Assembly: GCA_040756875.1 (NCBI GenBank)
Contig: JBFLYH010000001.1
Coordinates: forward strand, 640,001 to 704,000
Direction: 5' to 3'
Source of the DNA: a candidate division FCPU426 bacterium
GTDB taxonomy: Bacteria > Oederibacteriota > JAAXVQ01 > JAUVAV01
Length of the DNA stretch: 64,000 nt
The notes under the pieces were generated by a model that saw only the letters and a list, made by a program, of their open reading frames with translations, was not told where the DNA came from and searched no databases. Position 1 is the first letter of the stretch; each line of letters opens with the position of its first letter. Below are positions 46,576 through 55,506 of the stretch, in pieces. The translations under genes and the position numbers were made by a program.

Positions 46576-47151
46576 TCAGGCCGCGTCCGACTCGCGGTCC
46601 TGCTCGCGTGTCCGTTTGTGCGGCTGCCGCCGCAGGATGGCCAGCGCCCCGATGACCGCGCAGAACAGGATCGCGATCTGCGCCAGAGCGTCGAAGGCCC
46701 TGAAGTCCAGCAATACGGCGCTGATGATGTTCGGCGCGCCGGTTTTTTCCAGGCCGTCGGCCAGATAGGCGGCCGAAGGCGAATCCGGGAACCGTTCCAT
46801 GACCGAGTGTCCAAAGGCCGGAAACTCGATGAACAGCTGGGAGACGAACACGCCCAGCAGCATGATCAGGACCAGGGCCAGGATGCCGCCGAGTTTTTCG
46901 CGGTGGTTCTCCTGCACCTGGAAATCGCGGTGGAACGTGGCCCGGATCAGGATGATCAGAAGCAGCACCTCGACCACGATCTGGGTAATGGCGATTTCCA
47001 GGGCGCCGAGGAACAGAAAGGCGATGCACAGCAGCAGGCCCAGGGCGCCCAGGCTGATGATGGAGGAGAGCAGGTTGGTCGTCTCCAGGGCGATCAGGGC
47101 GCTGATCAGCATCAGCACGACCAGGATCATGAGGAACAGTTCCAATGTCAT
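46576..47151 (-). CDS. MbhD/MbhE-like fused membrane subunit (MrpA C-terminal-like)
   Basis: ALEIAITQ..VE; TGAPNIISAVLLDFRAFD. Confidence 0.85.
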   Translation of the reverse strand: MTLELFLMILVVLMLISALIALETTNLLSSIISLGALGLLLCIAFLFLGALEIAITQIVVEVLLLIILIRATFHRDFQVQENHREKLGGILALVLIMLLGVFVSQLFIEFPAFGHSVMERFPDSPSAAYLADGLEKTGAPNIISAVLLDFRAFDALAQIAILFCAVIGALAILRRQPHKRTREQDRESDAA

Positions 47152-47152
47152 G

Positions 47153-48964
47153 TCATCCTCGCAGCAAAAACAGCATTACCACCAGGCCGAACAGGACCCA
47201 GGTGAGGTACCAGGGCAGGCGGCCGGTGTGAAGTTCTTTCAAGGCTTCGGAAAAATACATGACCAGGCCCGTACCCACGGCGTACAGGTCGAAATACTTC
47301 TTTTCCGCCAGGCGGTAAGCCGCGGCCAAAGGCGGCAGATCGGAAACGGTCCGGTAAAAATCAACGCCGGTAAGCTGCACGGCTTCGTCGTCCAGGGTTT
47401 CGCCGCCGATATAAGTGGCGGCCTCGCGCACCCGGCCGATGCGGGTGAAGACATACATCAGCAGTCCGGCTGCCATGGCCGCGAGCAGCAAAGCTGTGGC
47501 CGGGCCTGCCCACCACAGCCCCGGAGCGGACACGGGCGCGGATAAGGACGGAAAGATGAAGAGCGGCAGCGGCAGCCGGAACGCCGCCACGCCGAAGGCC
47601 ACGCAGCCGGCGGCCAGCAACACCACGGGCAGAATCATGCGCCAGCCGGCTTCGCGGGCTGTGGGGGCCGAGCCGGTCCGGCGGAGAAAGACGCTGTGCA
47701 GAACCTTCACGAAGCTCGCCAGGGTCAGGGCCGAACCGAACATGGCCACGGCCAGCCAGACCACCCACCACGCGCCGCCGCGGCCGCCCAGTTCGATGAG
47801 CCCCTGGTAGATCATCCACTTGGAGGCGAAACCGTTCAAGGGTGGCAGGCCTGAGATGGCCAGCGAGGCGACCAGGGTGGACAGGAAAGTCAAGGGCATG
47901 ACTTTGGCGAGTCCGCCCAGCCGCTCCAGGTCCGTGGTGCCGGCCTGGGTTTCGACGTTGCCCGCGCAGAGAAAGAGGCAGGATTTATACATGGCGTGGT
48001 TCAGCATGTGGAACAGACCGCCGGCCAGGCCCAGGGGCAGGCCGGTGCCGATGCCCAGCAGCATATAGCCCACCTGGCTGACCGCATGGTAGGAAAGCAG
48101 GCGTTTGAGATCGTGCTGCACGAGGGCCATCATCACGGCAGCCAGCACGGTGGCCGCGCCCACGGCCAGCAATACGAATTGCATGGCGCCATTGAGCTGA
48201 AAGAGGCCGGTGGAGGCGCGGAAAAGCAGGTAGATGCCCAGAAGTTTGTCCAGGGAAGCGGGCAGAAAGGCCGTCACCGGCGCGTCCGCGTGTTCGCCGA
48301 AATCCGGCACCCAGGTGTGCAAGGGCATGGCCCCGGCTTTGGCAAAGGCCGCGAGGGCGAAGGCGAGAAAAGCGGTGTGGCTCACCGCGCCGGAGAGCGG
48401 AATGGCCGGGCCATCCAGCCGCAGGGAACCGGTCAGGTGCCAGATCAGGCCGATGCCCAGGAGCAGCACGGCATCAGAGCCGCCGACCAGGATGAAGCTT
48501 TTTTTGGCGGCCGCAGCGGCCTGGGGGCCGCGCAGGGAAATCAAGAGATAGAGCGTGACGCCGAGAAACCCCCAGAACACCAGCAGCAAGATAAGGTCGT
48601 TCGCCAGCACGGCGCCGTTCGCGGCGCCCAGGGTGGCCAGCAGATATCCGTAATACTCGCGGTGCTTGGCGGGCCGCGGGAGGTAACCCCAGGAATAGAA
48701 CGCGATCAGGAGAGTAAAAGCCGAGACGACCAGCATGACAAAGGCGCTGAGGTGGTCGAGCCTGAACGCCAAAATGCCGGCCAGGTCCAGTTTGGCGGCC
48801 CCCCCGGCAAACAGCGTCCACGCCAGCCACGTCACGCCCGCGGCCAGCGCCACCGCCAGGAGCGGAGCCAGGCGGGACAGGAAGCGGGGCAGCAGCAGGC
48901 ACAGCGCGGCGCCCGCCAAGGGCAGCGCGACCGGCCAGAGCAGCGGATGAATTTCAATCGGCAT
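47153..48964 (-). CDS. Second antiporter-like membrane subunit (NuoL/HyfB/MrpA-like)
   Basis: KAGAMPLHTWVPD, HAVSQVGY, NHAMYKSCLF, PPLNGFASK. Confidence 0.9.
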   Translation of the reverse strand: MPIEIHPLLWPVALPLAGAALCLLLPRFLSRLAPLLAVALAAGVTWLAWTLFAGGAAKLDLAGILAFRLDHLSAFVMLVVSAFTLLIAFYSWGYLPRPAKHREYYGYLLATLGAANGAVLANDLILLLVFWGFLGVTLYLLISLRGPQAAAAAKKSFILVGGSDAVLLLGIGLIWHLTGSLRLDGPAIPLSGAVSHTAFLAFALAAFAKAGAMPLHTWVPDFGEHADAPVTAFLPASLDKLLGIYLLFRASTGLFQLNGAMQFVLLAVGAATVLAAVMMALVQHDLKRLLSYHAVSQVGYMLLGIGTGLPLGLAGGLFHMLNHAMYKSCLFLCAGNVETQAGTTDLERLGGLAKVMPLTFLSTLVASLAISGLPPLNGFASKWMIYQGLIELGGRGGAWWVVWLAVAMFGSALTLASFVKVLHSVFLRRTGSAPTAREAGWRMILPVVLLAAGCVAFGVAAFRLPLPLFIFPSLSAPVSAPGLWWAGPATALLLAAMAAGLLMYVFTRIGRVREAATYIGGETLDDEAVQLTGVDFYRTVSDLPPLAAAYRLAEKKYFDLYAVGTGLVMYFSEALKELHTGRLPWYLTWVLFGLVVMLFLLRG

Positions 48965-48973
48965 GGTTCGCCT

Positions 48974-50188
48974 TCACGCAGGGAGTTTCGGGCCTTCGGA
49001 CCCGAGCAGTCTTTTCAGCCGTTCCGTTTTTTGCTGCGACAGCCTGATCAAGTCGTCGGCCGACCATTGGCGCTGGTCCGTGCCGGCCTTCACGGCGGCC
49101 AGGCGTTCGGTGCAGCAATAGCAGGGGTCCACAGCCGCCAGGATGATTGTGGCGTCGGCCACGCTGTGGCCGATCACCGCCTCGCGGTCGGTGATGACGT
49201 TCATATAGCTGGGGGCGCGGATTTTATGGCGCACCGGCCGGTTGCTGCCGTCGCTTTGGATGTAATGGAAGACTTCGCCGCGGGGCGCTTCGTAGTGTCC
49301 GATGCCTTCGCCGGCCTTGACTTCCTTGGGGTTGGAATCCACGGGCCCGGGCGTGGTGCGCAACCGTACCAGGCACTGCTCGATGATTTTGATGGATTCG
49401 AACATCTCCAGAATCCTGACCACGGCCTTGTCGAATACGTCGCCGTTGCCCGCGGTGATGACTTTCCAATCCACCAGGCCGTAGGCCGCGTGCGGATGGT
49501 CGCGGCGGACGTCGATATCCACGCCCGATGCGCGGGCCGTGGGGCCGAGTGCGCCGTAAGCGAGGATTTGCTGGCGGGTCAGCACGCCCACGCCCTTGGT
49601 CCTGGCCTGGAGCACCGGGTCCTCGGCCACGGCCCGGTGGAACAATTGCAAGGGGCCTTTCAGCCCGTCCAGCATGGCCTGGATCTTGGGAATGTCCTCG
49701 GGTTTGATGTCGCGGCGGACCCCGCCGGCTTTCATGATGCCGTAATGGTTGCGGTTGCCGGTGATGAGCTCCAGGATGTTGAGCAGGTCCTCGCGGTGGC
49801 GCCAGACCCACATCCAGATGGTGTTGAAGCCGAGGAAGTGGCCGGCCAGCCCCAGCCACAGCAGGTGCGAGTGCAGGCGCTCCAGCTCGCCGATGACGGA
49901 GCGGATGTACAGGGCGCGTTCCGGCACTTCGATGTCGCCCGCGTCCTCGATGGCCTGCACGCAGGCCAGGGGATGGGAAGTGGAGCAAATGCCGCAGATG
50001 CGCTCGACCAGGAACACCGTCTGGTCGTAATGCTTGGACTCGGACAGTTTTTCGATGCCGCGGTGGTTGTATCCCAGCTCGATGTCGAGGCCCACCACGG
50101 TTTCGCCCTCCACGTGCAGGCGGAAAAATTCCGGCTCCTCCTGCAAGGCGTGATAGGGTCCAATGGGGATGATGGTTTTTTTAGTCAT
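48974..50188 (-). CDS. Group 4 [NiFe]-hydrogenase large subunit
   Basis: L1 ERICGIC and L2 DPCYCCTER (all four Ni-ligating Cys), EAPRGE, C-terminal extension after the Arg. Confidence 0.95.
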   Translation of the reverse strand: MTKKTIIPIGPYHALQEEPEFFRLHVEGETVVGLDIELGYNHRGIEKLSESKHYDQTVFLVERICGICSTSHPLACVQAIEDAGDIEVPERALYIRSVIGELERLHSHLLWLGLAGHFLGFNTIWMWVWRHREDLLNILELITGNRNHYGIMKAGGVRRDIKPEDIPKIQAMLDGLKGPLQLFHRAVAEDPVLQARTKGVGVLTRQQILAYGALGPTARASGVDIDVRRDHPHAAYGLVDWKVITAGNGDVFDKAVVRILEMFESIKIIEQCLVRLRTTPGPVDSNPKEVKAGEGIGHYEAPRGEVFHYIQSDGSNRPVRHKIRAPSYMNVITDREAVIGHSVADATIILAAVDPCYCCTERLAAVKAGTDQRQWSADDLIRLSQQKTERLKRLLGSEGPKLPA

Positions 50189-50654
50189 GGGCGTCCGCCG
50201 GTTTGGGGTATTCCGCTTTTTTATAATCCCGGCGCAGGGGGTATTGCCCCTCGGGCCAGTCTTCCTTGAGCAGCAGGTGGGCCAGGCCGGGATGGTTGCG
50301 GAAGTTGATGCCGAGCAGCTCCCACATCTCCCGCTCGATCCATTCCGCCGCCTTCAACACCGGGGTCAGGGAGTCGATTTCGGGCCGCGTCCGGTCCAGT
50401 CGGACGCGCACGGTCAACAGGCAATCCGAAGCGTCGAAGGCCCAATGATAGAGGATCTCCATCGCTTCCAGCAGGTCGATGCCGCTGGCGATTTGAAAGC
50501 GCGCGCCCAGGCCGTCATATAGCAGGCGGGCGACTTCGACGATGTGCTCCGGCGCCACCTCCACGAACAGGCGTTTGGGGGATTTGACGTGCCAGCGCAG
50601 CAGTTTGGCCCCCAGTTCGGTTTGCAGGCGGGGCAGGATCTCTTCACGGTTCAC
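50181..50654 (-). CDS. NuoC-like hydrogenase subunit
   Basis: AEWIEREMWELLGINF.NHP, YPLRRD. Confidence 0.9.
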   Translation of the reverse strand: MNREEILPRLQTELGAKLLRWHVKSPKRLFVEVAPEHIVEVARLLYDGLGARFQIASGIDLLEAMEILYHWAFDASDCLLTVRVRLDRTRPEIDSLTPVLKAAEWIEREMWELLGINFRNHPGLAHLLLKEDWPEGQYPLRRDYKKAEYPKPADAHD

Positions 50655-50657
50655 GGT

Positions 50658-51080
50658 TCAGGCGCTCCTCAGTTTGGTCAGCAGTTTGACGATGCCCGCG
50701 ATCATGGCCTCGGGTTTGGGCGGACAGCCGGGGATATAGGCGTCGATCGGGATATAGCGCCCCACCGGTTGGTCCCAATTGTAAGAATCCTTGAACATCA
50801 GTCCGCTGCAGGCGCAGCCGCCGATGGCCACGACCACGACCGGCTTGGGCGCCTGCTCGTACACGAGCTTGGCGCGCAACGCCGATTTTTTATTGAATAC
50901 CCCGGACAAGAGGATCACGTCCGCGTGGCGGATGCTGCCGACCAGGACCAGGCCGAAGCGTTCCAGATCGTATTTGGGCGTCAGCGCGTCCAGGATTTCG
51001 ATGTCGCAGTTGTTGCAGGCGCTGCCGGCCATGTGGAAGACGTTCAGGGAGCGAGTGAGGATCTGAAGGGCGAGCCCCAT
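50658..51080 (-). CDS. Group 4 hydrogenase small subunit (NuoB-like)
   Basis: SACNNCDIE, RHAD, GGCACSG, IPGCPPKP. Confidence 0.95.
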   Translation of the reverse strand: MGLALQILTRSLNVFHMAGSACNNCDIEILDALTPKYDLERFGLVLVGSIRHADVILLSGVFNKKSALRAKLVYEQAPKPVVVVAIGGCACSGLMFKDSYNWDQPVGRYIPIDAYIPGCPPKPEAMIAGIVKLLTKLRSA

Positions 51081-51081
51081 G

Positions 51082-52014
51082 TCACCACCCTCCCAGGGCC
51101 AGGCCGACGGCGACAGCAGCCGCCACGGTCAATGGCCCCCAGAAAAATTTGACCGCCTGATCGATGCGCACGCGGGGCGCGGTGTTGCGGATCAGGGTGA
51201 GCACGATCACGATCCCCAGGTATTTCGCGATGCCGGCCGCCAGGCCGGCCCAGCCCTGCTGCAGCCCCATTCCGCCCCCGAACAGGGCCACGAGAAAGAC
51301 CGGCAGGGTGAACAGCATCATGGCCTTGGTCAGTTTAAAGAGCGCCAGCGGCACGCCGGAATACTCGATGTAGGCGCCGCCGGTCAGTTCGGTCTCAGCT
51401 TCCGGCAGGTCGAAGGGAACCTGCGTCAGCTTGGCCTGGATGCAAAAAACCGAGACCAGCAGGGCGATGACGCCCGAGGCGGCCAGGGCCGAGGGTTCTA
51501 CGGCCAGAATATCGCCGAGACGCAGGCTCTTGGCCCGAATGACCGGCACCAGCACGGCCAGGACGAACGGAAGCTCGTATCCCATGACCAGCTTCATCTC
51601 GCGGCTGCCGCCCAGCGACGCCAGGGGATTGCGGGAGGAGAAGGCGCCCAGCACGGTCCCGACCGCGGGCATGGTCAGCAGATACAGCAGCACGATCACG
51701 TCGCCCACGAAGCCCTGGTGGGGGGCCAGCTGGGAGCGCCAGATGATCGTGGACGCCAGGGTCACCGCGCCCAGCCCCAGGAGCGGCGCGGACAGGAAGA
51801 GCCATTTGGCGCCACCGGCCGGGACGATGGTTTCCTTGATCAGCAGCTTCAAGAAGTCGTACCAGGGCTGCAGGAAAGGCGGCCCGACGCGCATCTGCAC
51901 GCGCGCGGTCACCTTGCGGTCGATCCAAGACGTCACCAAGCCGGCCGAGGCCGTAAAGAGCAGGCCCGGGAAAACCAGCACTTGCGCCAGCCAGTGGAGA
52001 TAGTCCGTGGTCAT
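51082..52014 (-). CDS. NuoH-like membrane subunit
   Basis: DRKVTARVQMRVGPP, PFDLPEAETEL..G..IEYSG, PRVRIDQ. Confidence 0.94.
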   Translation of the reverse strand: MTTDYLHWLAQVLVFPGLLFTASAGLVTSWIDRKVTARVQMRVGPPFLQPWYDFLKLLIKETIVPAGGAKWLFLSAPLLGLGAVTLASTIIWRSQLAPHQGFVGDVIVLLYLLTMPAVGTVLGAFSSRNPLASLGGSREMKLVMGYELPFVLAVLVPVIRAKSLRLGDILAVEPSALAASGVIALLVSVFCIQAKLTQVPFDLPEAETELTGGAYIEYSGVPLALFKLTKAMMLFTLPVFLVALFGGGMGLQQGWAGLAAGIAKYLGIVIVLTLIRNTAPRVRIDQAVKFFWGPLTVAAAVAVGLALGGW

Positions 52015-52017
52015 CGC

Positions 52018-52506
52018 TTACACCGCCTGCTTGACCCAGCGCGGGGCGCGCACCAGCAGGTGTTCGCCGAGGGCAAAGACGCCCTGCGCCTCATTGGGTT
52101 CCTGATCGGTCATCTGAATCGCCTGCCGGCAGCAGCTGGACAGGCACTGCGGGTCCGCGCCGGGCTGCTGGCTCCGGCACATTTCGCACGGAACGACGAA
52201 GTAGGGCAGCGTGTCCGGATAGATCGTGCCGAACGGACAGGCATGCGAACAGCTCTTGCAGCTGACGCAGCGGAGATTGTAGCGTTTCATCAAGCCGTCC
52301 GCCTGGCGCTCCAGGGCTTCGAAACGGCAGGCGGCCACGCAATTCGGCTCTTCGCAGCGCCGGCACAAAAAGGCGAAATAAGCCAGTTCGCGCAAGGTCA
52401 GGATGCCCTGGTGGGCCAGGCGGGGCGTGTACAGGCGGCCGCACTGAACCGAGCATTCCTCGCACGTTTCGCATTGGGCCAGGTCAACCAGCAAACGTTT
52501 GGGCAT
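52018..52506 (-). CDS. Multi-[4Fe-4S] ferredoxin-like subunit
   Basis: CETCEEC, CRRCEEPNCVAAC, CVSCKSCSHACPFG, CEMC. Confidence 0.85.
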   Translation of the reverse strand: MPKRLLVDLAQCETCEECSVQCGRLYTPRLAHQGILTLRELAYFAFLCRRCEEPNCVAACRFEALERQADGLMKRYNLRCVSCKSCSHACPFGTIYPDTLPYFVVPCEMCRSQQPGADPQCLSSCCRQAIQMTDQEPNEAQGVFALGEHLLVRAPRWVKQAV

Positions 52507-52524
52507 GCGTGTTAAGCCGCAGGG

Positions 52525-53349
52525 TCAATCCCAGATCTGCGGCAGCTCCTTTATCTGGCTGTAGGCGAAAACCGGGCCTTCCTTGCAGGCGTAGAAGGTG
52601 CCCAGGCGGCAATGGCCGCATTTGCCCACGCCGCAACTCATGTTTTTTTCCATGGACAGATAAATGTTCTCGGGCGCCACGCCCAGTTGCAGCAGTTTCA
52701 GGGTGGCGAATTTCATCATGATGGGCGGACCGCAGACGATTGCCACGCCCTGATCCGGATGAAACGCCAGCTGGTCGGGTTCCAGAATGGTCGTCACCAC
52801 GCCCTGGCGGCCTGACCAGGTGTCGTCCCCTTTGTCCACGGTCACCTGGACATCCAGCTGGTTCCTGTCCCAGGCCGAGGCCAGGGCGTTTTTATACACG
52901 ATGTCCTTGGGCGTCCGCGCGCCGTAACGCACGAACACTTTGCGGTATTGATCCAGATTCTCAAATAGGGCGAAAAGCAGGGCGCGCAGGGGCGCCAGCC
53001 CCACGCCGCCGCCGACGATCAATACTTCGCGCCCGCGGAATTTGTCCAGGGGATACGCCTTGCCCAGCGGGCCGCGGATGCCGATGGTCGCGCCCGGCTG
53101 CAGCGCGTGGATCTTCTGGGTCACCAGGCCTGCGCGCATGATGGTGATTTCCAGCTTGTCCTTCACCGCCGGGGAAGAGGAGGGCGTGAACGGCGCTTCG
53201 CCCACGCCGGGGATGGTAAGTTCGACGAACTGCCCGGCCAGAAAAGGAATGGGTTCGGCCGGGCGCAGGCAGAAAGTCTTGATGGTGGGCGTCTCCTCGC
53301 TGACGGCTTCCACGCGGGCTGAAACCGGCAAATACAGTCGGGAGCTCAT
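52525..53349 (-). CDS. FAD/NAD(P)-binding [2Fe-2S] subunit (AsrB / sulfhydrogenase gamma-like)
   Basis: GEAPFT, IRGPLG, GGGVGLAP, CGPPIMM, MSCGVGKCGHC..C. Confidence 0.92.
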   Translation of the reverse strand: MSSRLYLPVSARVEAVSEETPTIKTFCLRPAEPIPFLAGQFVELTIPGVGEAPFTPSSSPAVKDKLEITIMRAGLVTQKIHALQPGATIGIRGPLGKAYPLDKFRGREVLIVGGGVGLAPLRALLFALFENLDQYRKVFVRYGARTPKDIVYKNALASAWDRNQLDVQVTVDKGDDTWSGRQGVVTTILEPDQLAFHPDQGVAIVCGPPIMMKFATLKLLQLGVAPENIYLSMEKNMSCGVGKCGHCRLGTFYACKEGPVFAYSQIKELPQIWD

Positions 53350-54371
53350 GCCAGGGCCTTTCTCAGCACGTCGCGGATGTCGATTCTGCCCGTGCAGGCT
53401 TCGGCGCACCGTCCGCAGCCGTCGCAGGCGTAGCGGCCCAGGAGCGCCGGAAAGAAGTTGAATTTTTTATCGAACCTATTGTACAGCCGCTCGGTGCGGT
53501 GCGCGCGGGGGTTGGCGCCGCCGGCCACGCGGGCGAAATTCTTGTGCAGGCAGGAATCCCACTGCTTCAAACGCCCGGGCGCCTGGTCCGAAGAACGGCC
53601 GTCGCGCAAAAGAAAGCAATGGCAGGTGCAACAGATGTAGTTGCAGGCGCCGCACTCCACGCAGTCCGCCGCGAATTCTTTCCAGAAGTCCGCTTCCTCG
53701 GTTTTGACGACAGCCTGCCTCAGATCCTGGCCGGGTCGCAGGCCGCGGCTTTCGGCCTGGCCGGCCACGCGGTGGTACAACGCTTGGCGGTTTTGATCGC
53801 GCTGCCGCAACCGTTCATCGGCGGGGGCGGCAAGCGCCGGCTTGAAGGAGGCGATCAAGGCTTGGCCGCGTTCCGATCCGGGTTCGACCACGCAACCGTT
53901 CTCCAGCACCGACAGATTCACGTCGAATCCGGCCTTGGGATACGGCTGCTCTCCAACCGCCGGACAGAAGCAGGATTCGCGGCAATCGGTGCAATCGCAG
54001 GAAACAATCAGCGTTTGTTCGCGCAAGCGCGCGTAATAGGGGTCGACCGGTTCGTTTTTCAAAAAAACGAAATCGTGTATCGCCAGCGCGGAAAGATCGC
54101 AGTTTTTAACGCCAATCACGACGCGGGGGGTAAGGTCAGCGGGTTGAACGGCTTGAAACACCGGGCCGAGCGTCTCGCGGGGAGGGAAAACCAGCGCTTT
54201 CAAAGGTTCCAAAGGACGGTAGCGGTCAAGCACATGGCGGTTGGGGTCCCAGGCGGTTGTGCGTTCGAGATGCAATTGATCGTTTTCGGAAGCAGAAGCA
54301 AAAACCGTTCGGCCTGAGGTCAGGTGAGCGATGAAGGAATCCCGATGCGCTTGAGGAAGCCAAAAAAGCAT
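53346..54371 (-). CDS. [4Fe-4S] subunit (AsrA / sulfhydrogenase beta-like)
   Basis: GVKNCD, DPYY, CFC, CVECGACNYICCTCHCF, WDSC, CDGCGRCAEAC. Confidence 0.9.
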   Translation of the reverse strand: MLFWLPQAHRDSFIAHLTSGRTVFASASENDQLHLERTTAWDPNRHVLDRYRPLEPLKALVFPPRETLGPVFQAVQPADLTPRVVIGVKNCDLSALAIHDFVFLKNEPVDPYYARLREQTLIVSCDCTDCRESCFCPAVGEQPYPKAGFDVNLSVLENGCVVEPGSERGQALIASFKPALAAPADERLRQRDQNRQALYHRVAGQAESRGLRPGQDLRQAVVKTEEADFWKEFAADCVECGACNYICCTCHCFLLRDGRSSDQAPGRLKQWDSCLHKNFARVAGGANPRAHRTERLYNRFDKKFNFFPALLGRYACDGCGRCAEACTGRIDIRDVLRKALA

Positions 54372-54435
54372 CCGTTCAGTCCATCTCGAGATGTGATCGG
54401 CTTGCTGTGGGTTTGGAGGAAAAAGCGTTCATGAC

Positions 54436-54463
54436 ATTATATTTTTTTACTTAAATAAATCAA
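54436..54463 (-). promoter_or_regulatory. Sigma70-type promoter for hydrogenase structural genes
   Basis: Minus strand TTGATT-16 nt-TATAAT in the AT-rich gap between hypE and the asrA-like gene. Confidence 0.6.
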
Positions 54464-54487
54464 TGAGAATATTGCAAAAGCAGGCTC

Positions 54488-55504
54488 TCAGCAGATGCGC
54501 GGCAGCAATTCGCCGGCAGGCAAATCGACCAGTCGTTCGCCGCCCGCGCGCGTGCGCAACCTGACGAGGCCGGGGGATTCCGCCACCACGGACCCGATGA
54601 CCGCGGCCTGTTGGCCCAGGGGGTGGGAACGCAACGCTTCGAGCAAGGTCGGCGTTTCTTTGGGATTGCACACGACCAGTGCCTTGCCTTCATTAGCCAC
54701 ATCCAGGGGGTCCAGGCCGAACAAGGAGCAAGCGCCGCGCACTTCGGCCCGGATCGGCAGGGAACGCTCATTCAGCACTACGCCAACGTTGGAAGCGCGG
54801 GCAATGTCGCAGACCGCCGCAGCCACGCCGCCGCGGGTCGGATCGCGCAGCACGTGCAAGGCGGCGGGATGGTGTTCGAACACCGGCTTGAGGAGCGCCC
54901 ACAGCGGAGCGACATCGCTCGTCAATTCGGTTTCGAAGCGGACCCCTTGGCGGTGGCTGAGCACTGCCACGCCATGGTCGCCGATCGTACCTGTGACAAT
55001 GACCTCATCCCCGGGCCTGGCGTTCGAACTCGACGTGTCGACGCCTGGCAGGCAGCGGCCAATTCCTGCGGTATTAATGTACAGGCCGTTGGCCTGGCCG
55101 CGCTGAACGACTTTGGTGTCGCCCGTGGCCAGCCTCACCTCATTGTCCTGCAAAACCGCGGCCAGCGATTCCAGGATGCGCTGCAGATCAGTCGTGGGCA
55201 GTCCTTCCTCGATGATCAACCCCAGGCTCAAGAAAAGGGGTTTGCCGCCCTGCATGACCAAATCATTGATCGTGCCGCAGGCAGCCAACCTGCCAATATC
55301 ACCGCCGGGAAAAAACAGCGGATCAACGACGTATGAATCCGTAGTAAAAGCCGTTTGACCAGCTGGCAGGGAAAGGCAAGCGCTGTCGTCCAGGGGCGTC
55401 AGCAGGATGTCTTTGAAAAGCGGGATGATCAACTGCTGCAGGAGGTCCTGGCTTTGCCTGCCGCCGCTGCCGTGAGCCAGCAAAATCCGATCGGTCAGTC
55501 CCAT
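54488..55504 (-). CDS. hypE: Hydrogenase maturation protein HypE
   Basis: LAHGSGG, FTTDSYVVDPLFFPGGDIG, RDPTRGG, ANEGK, C-terminal LPRIC. Confidence 0.98.
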   Translation of the reverse strand: MGLTDRILLAHGSGGRQSQDLLQQLIIPLFKDILLTPLDDSACLSLPAGQTAFTTDSYVVDPLFFPGGDIGRLAACGTINDLVMQGGKPLFLSLGLIIEEGLPTTDLQRILESLAAVLQDNEVRLATGDTKVVQRGQANGLYINTAGIGRCLPGVDTSSSNARPGDEVIVTGTIGDHGVAVLSHRQGVRFETELTSDVAPLWALLKPVFEHHPAALHVLRDPTRGGVAAAVCDIARASNVGVVLNERSLPIRAEVRGACSLFGLDPLDVANEGKALVVCNPKETPTLLEALRSHPLGQQAAVIGSVVAESPGLVRLRTRAGGERLVDLPAGELLPRIC

Positions 55505-55506
55505 GC

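Noticed and set aside
48974-50188. Complex I NuoD or Mbs/Mbx-type non-hydrogenase large subunit; selenocysteine
   Set aside because: Both CxxC Ni motifs are complete, hyp genes and a protease are adjacent, and there is no in-frame TGA.
47996-50269. 757-aa plus-strand ORF and similar long antisense ORFs (488-1684, 11119-12591, 25825-27363, 28433-30004, 30967-32202, 51079-52515)
   Set aside because: Each overlaps a well-supported gene on the opposite strand and has no domain signature.
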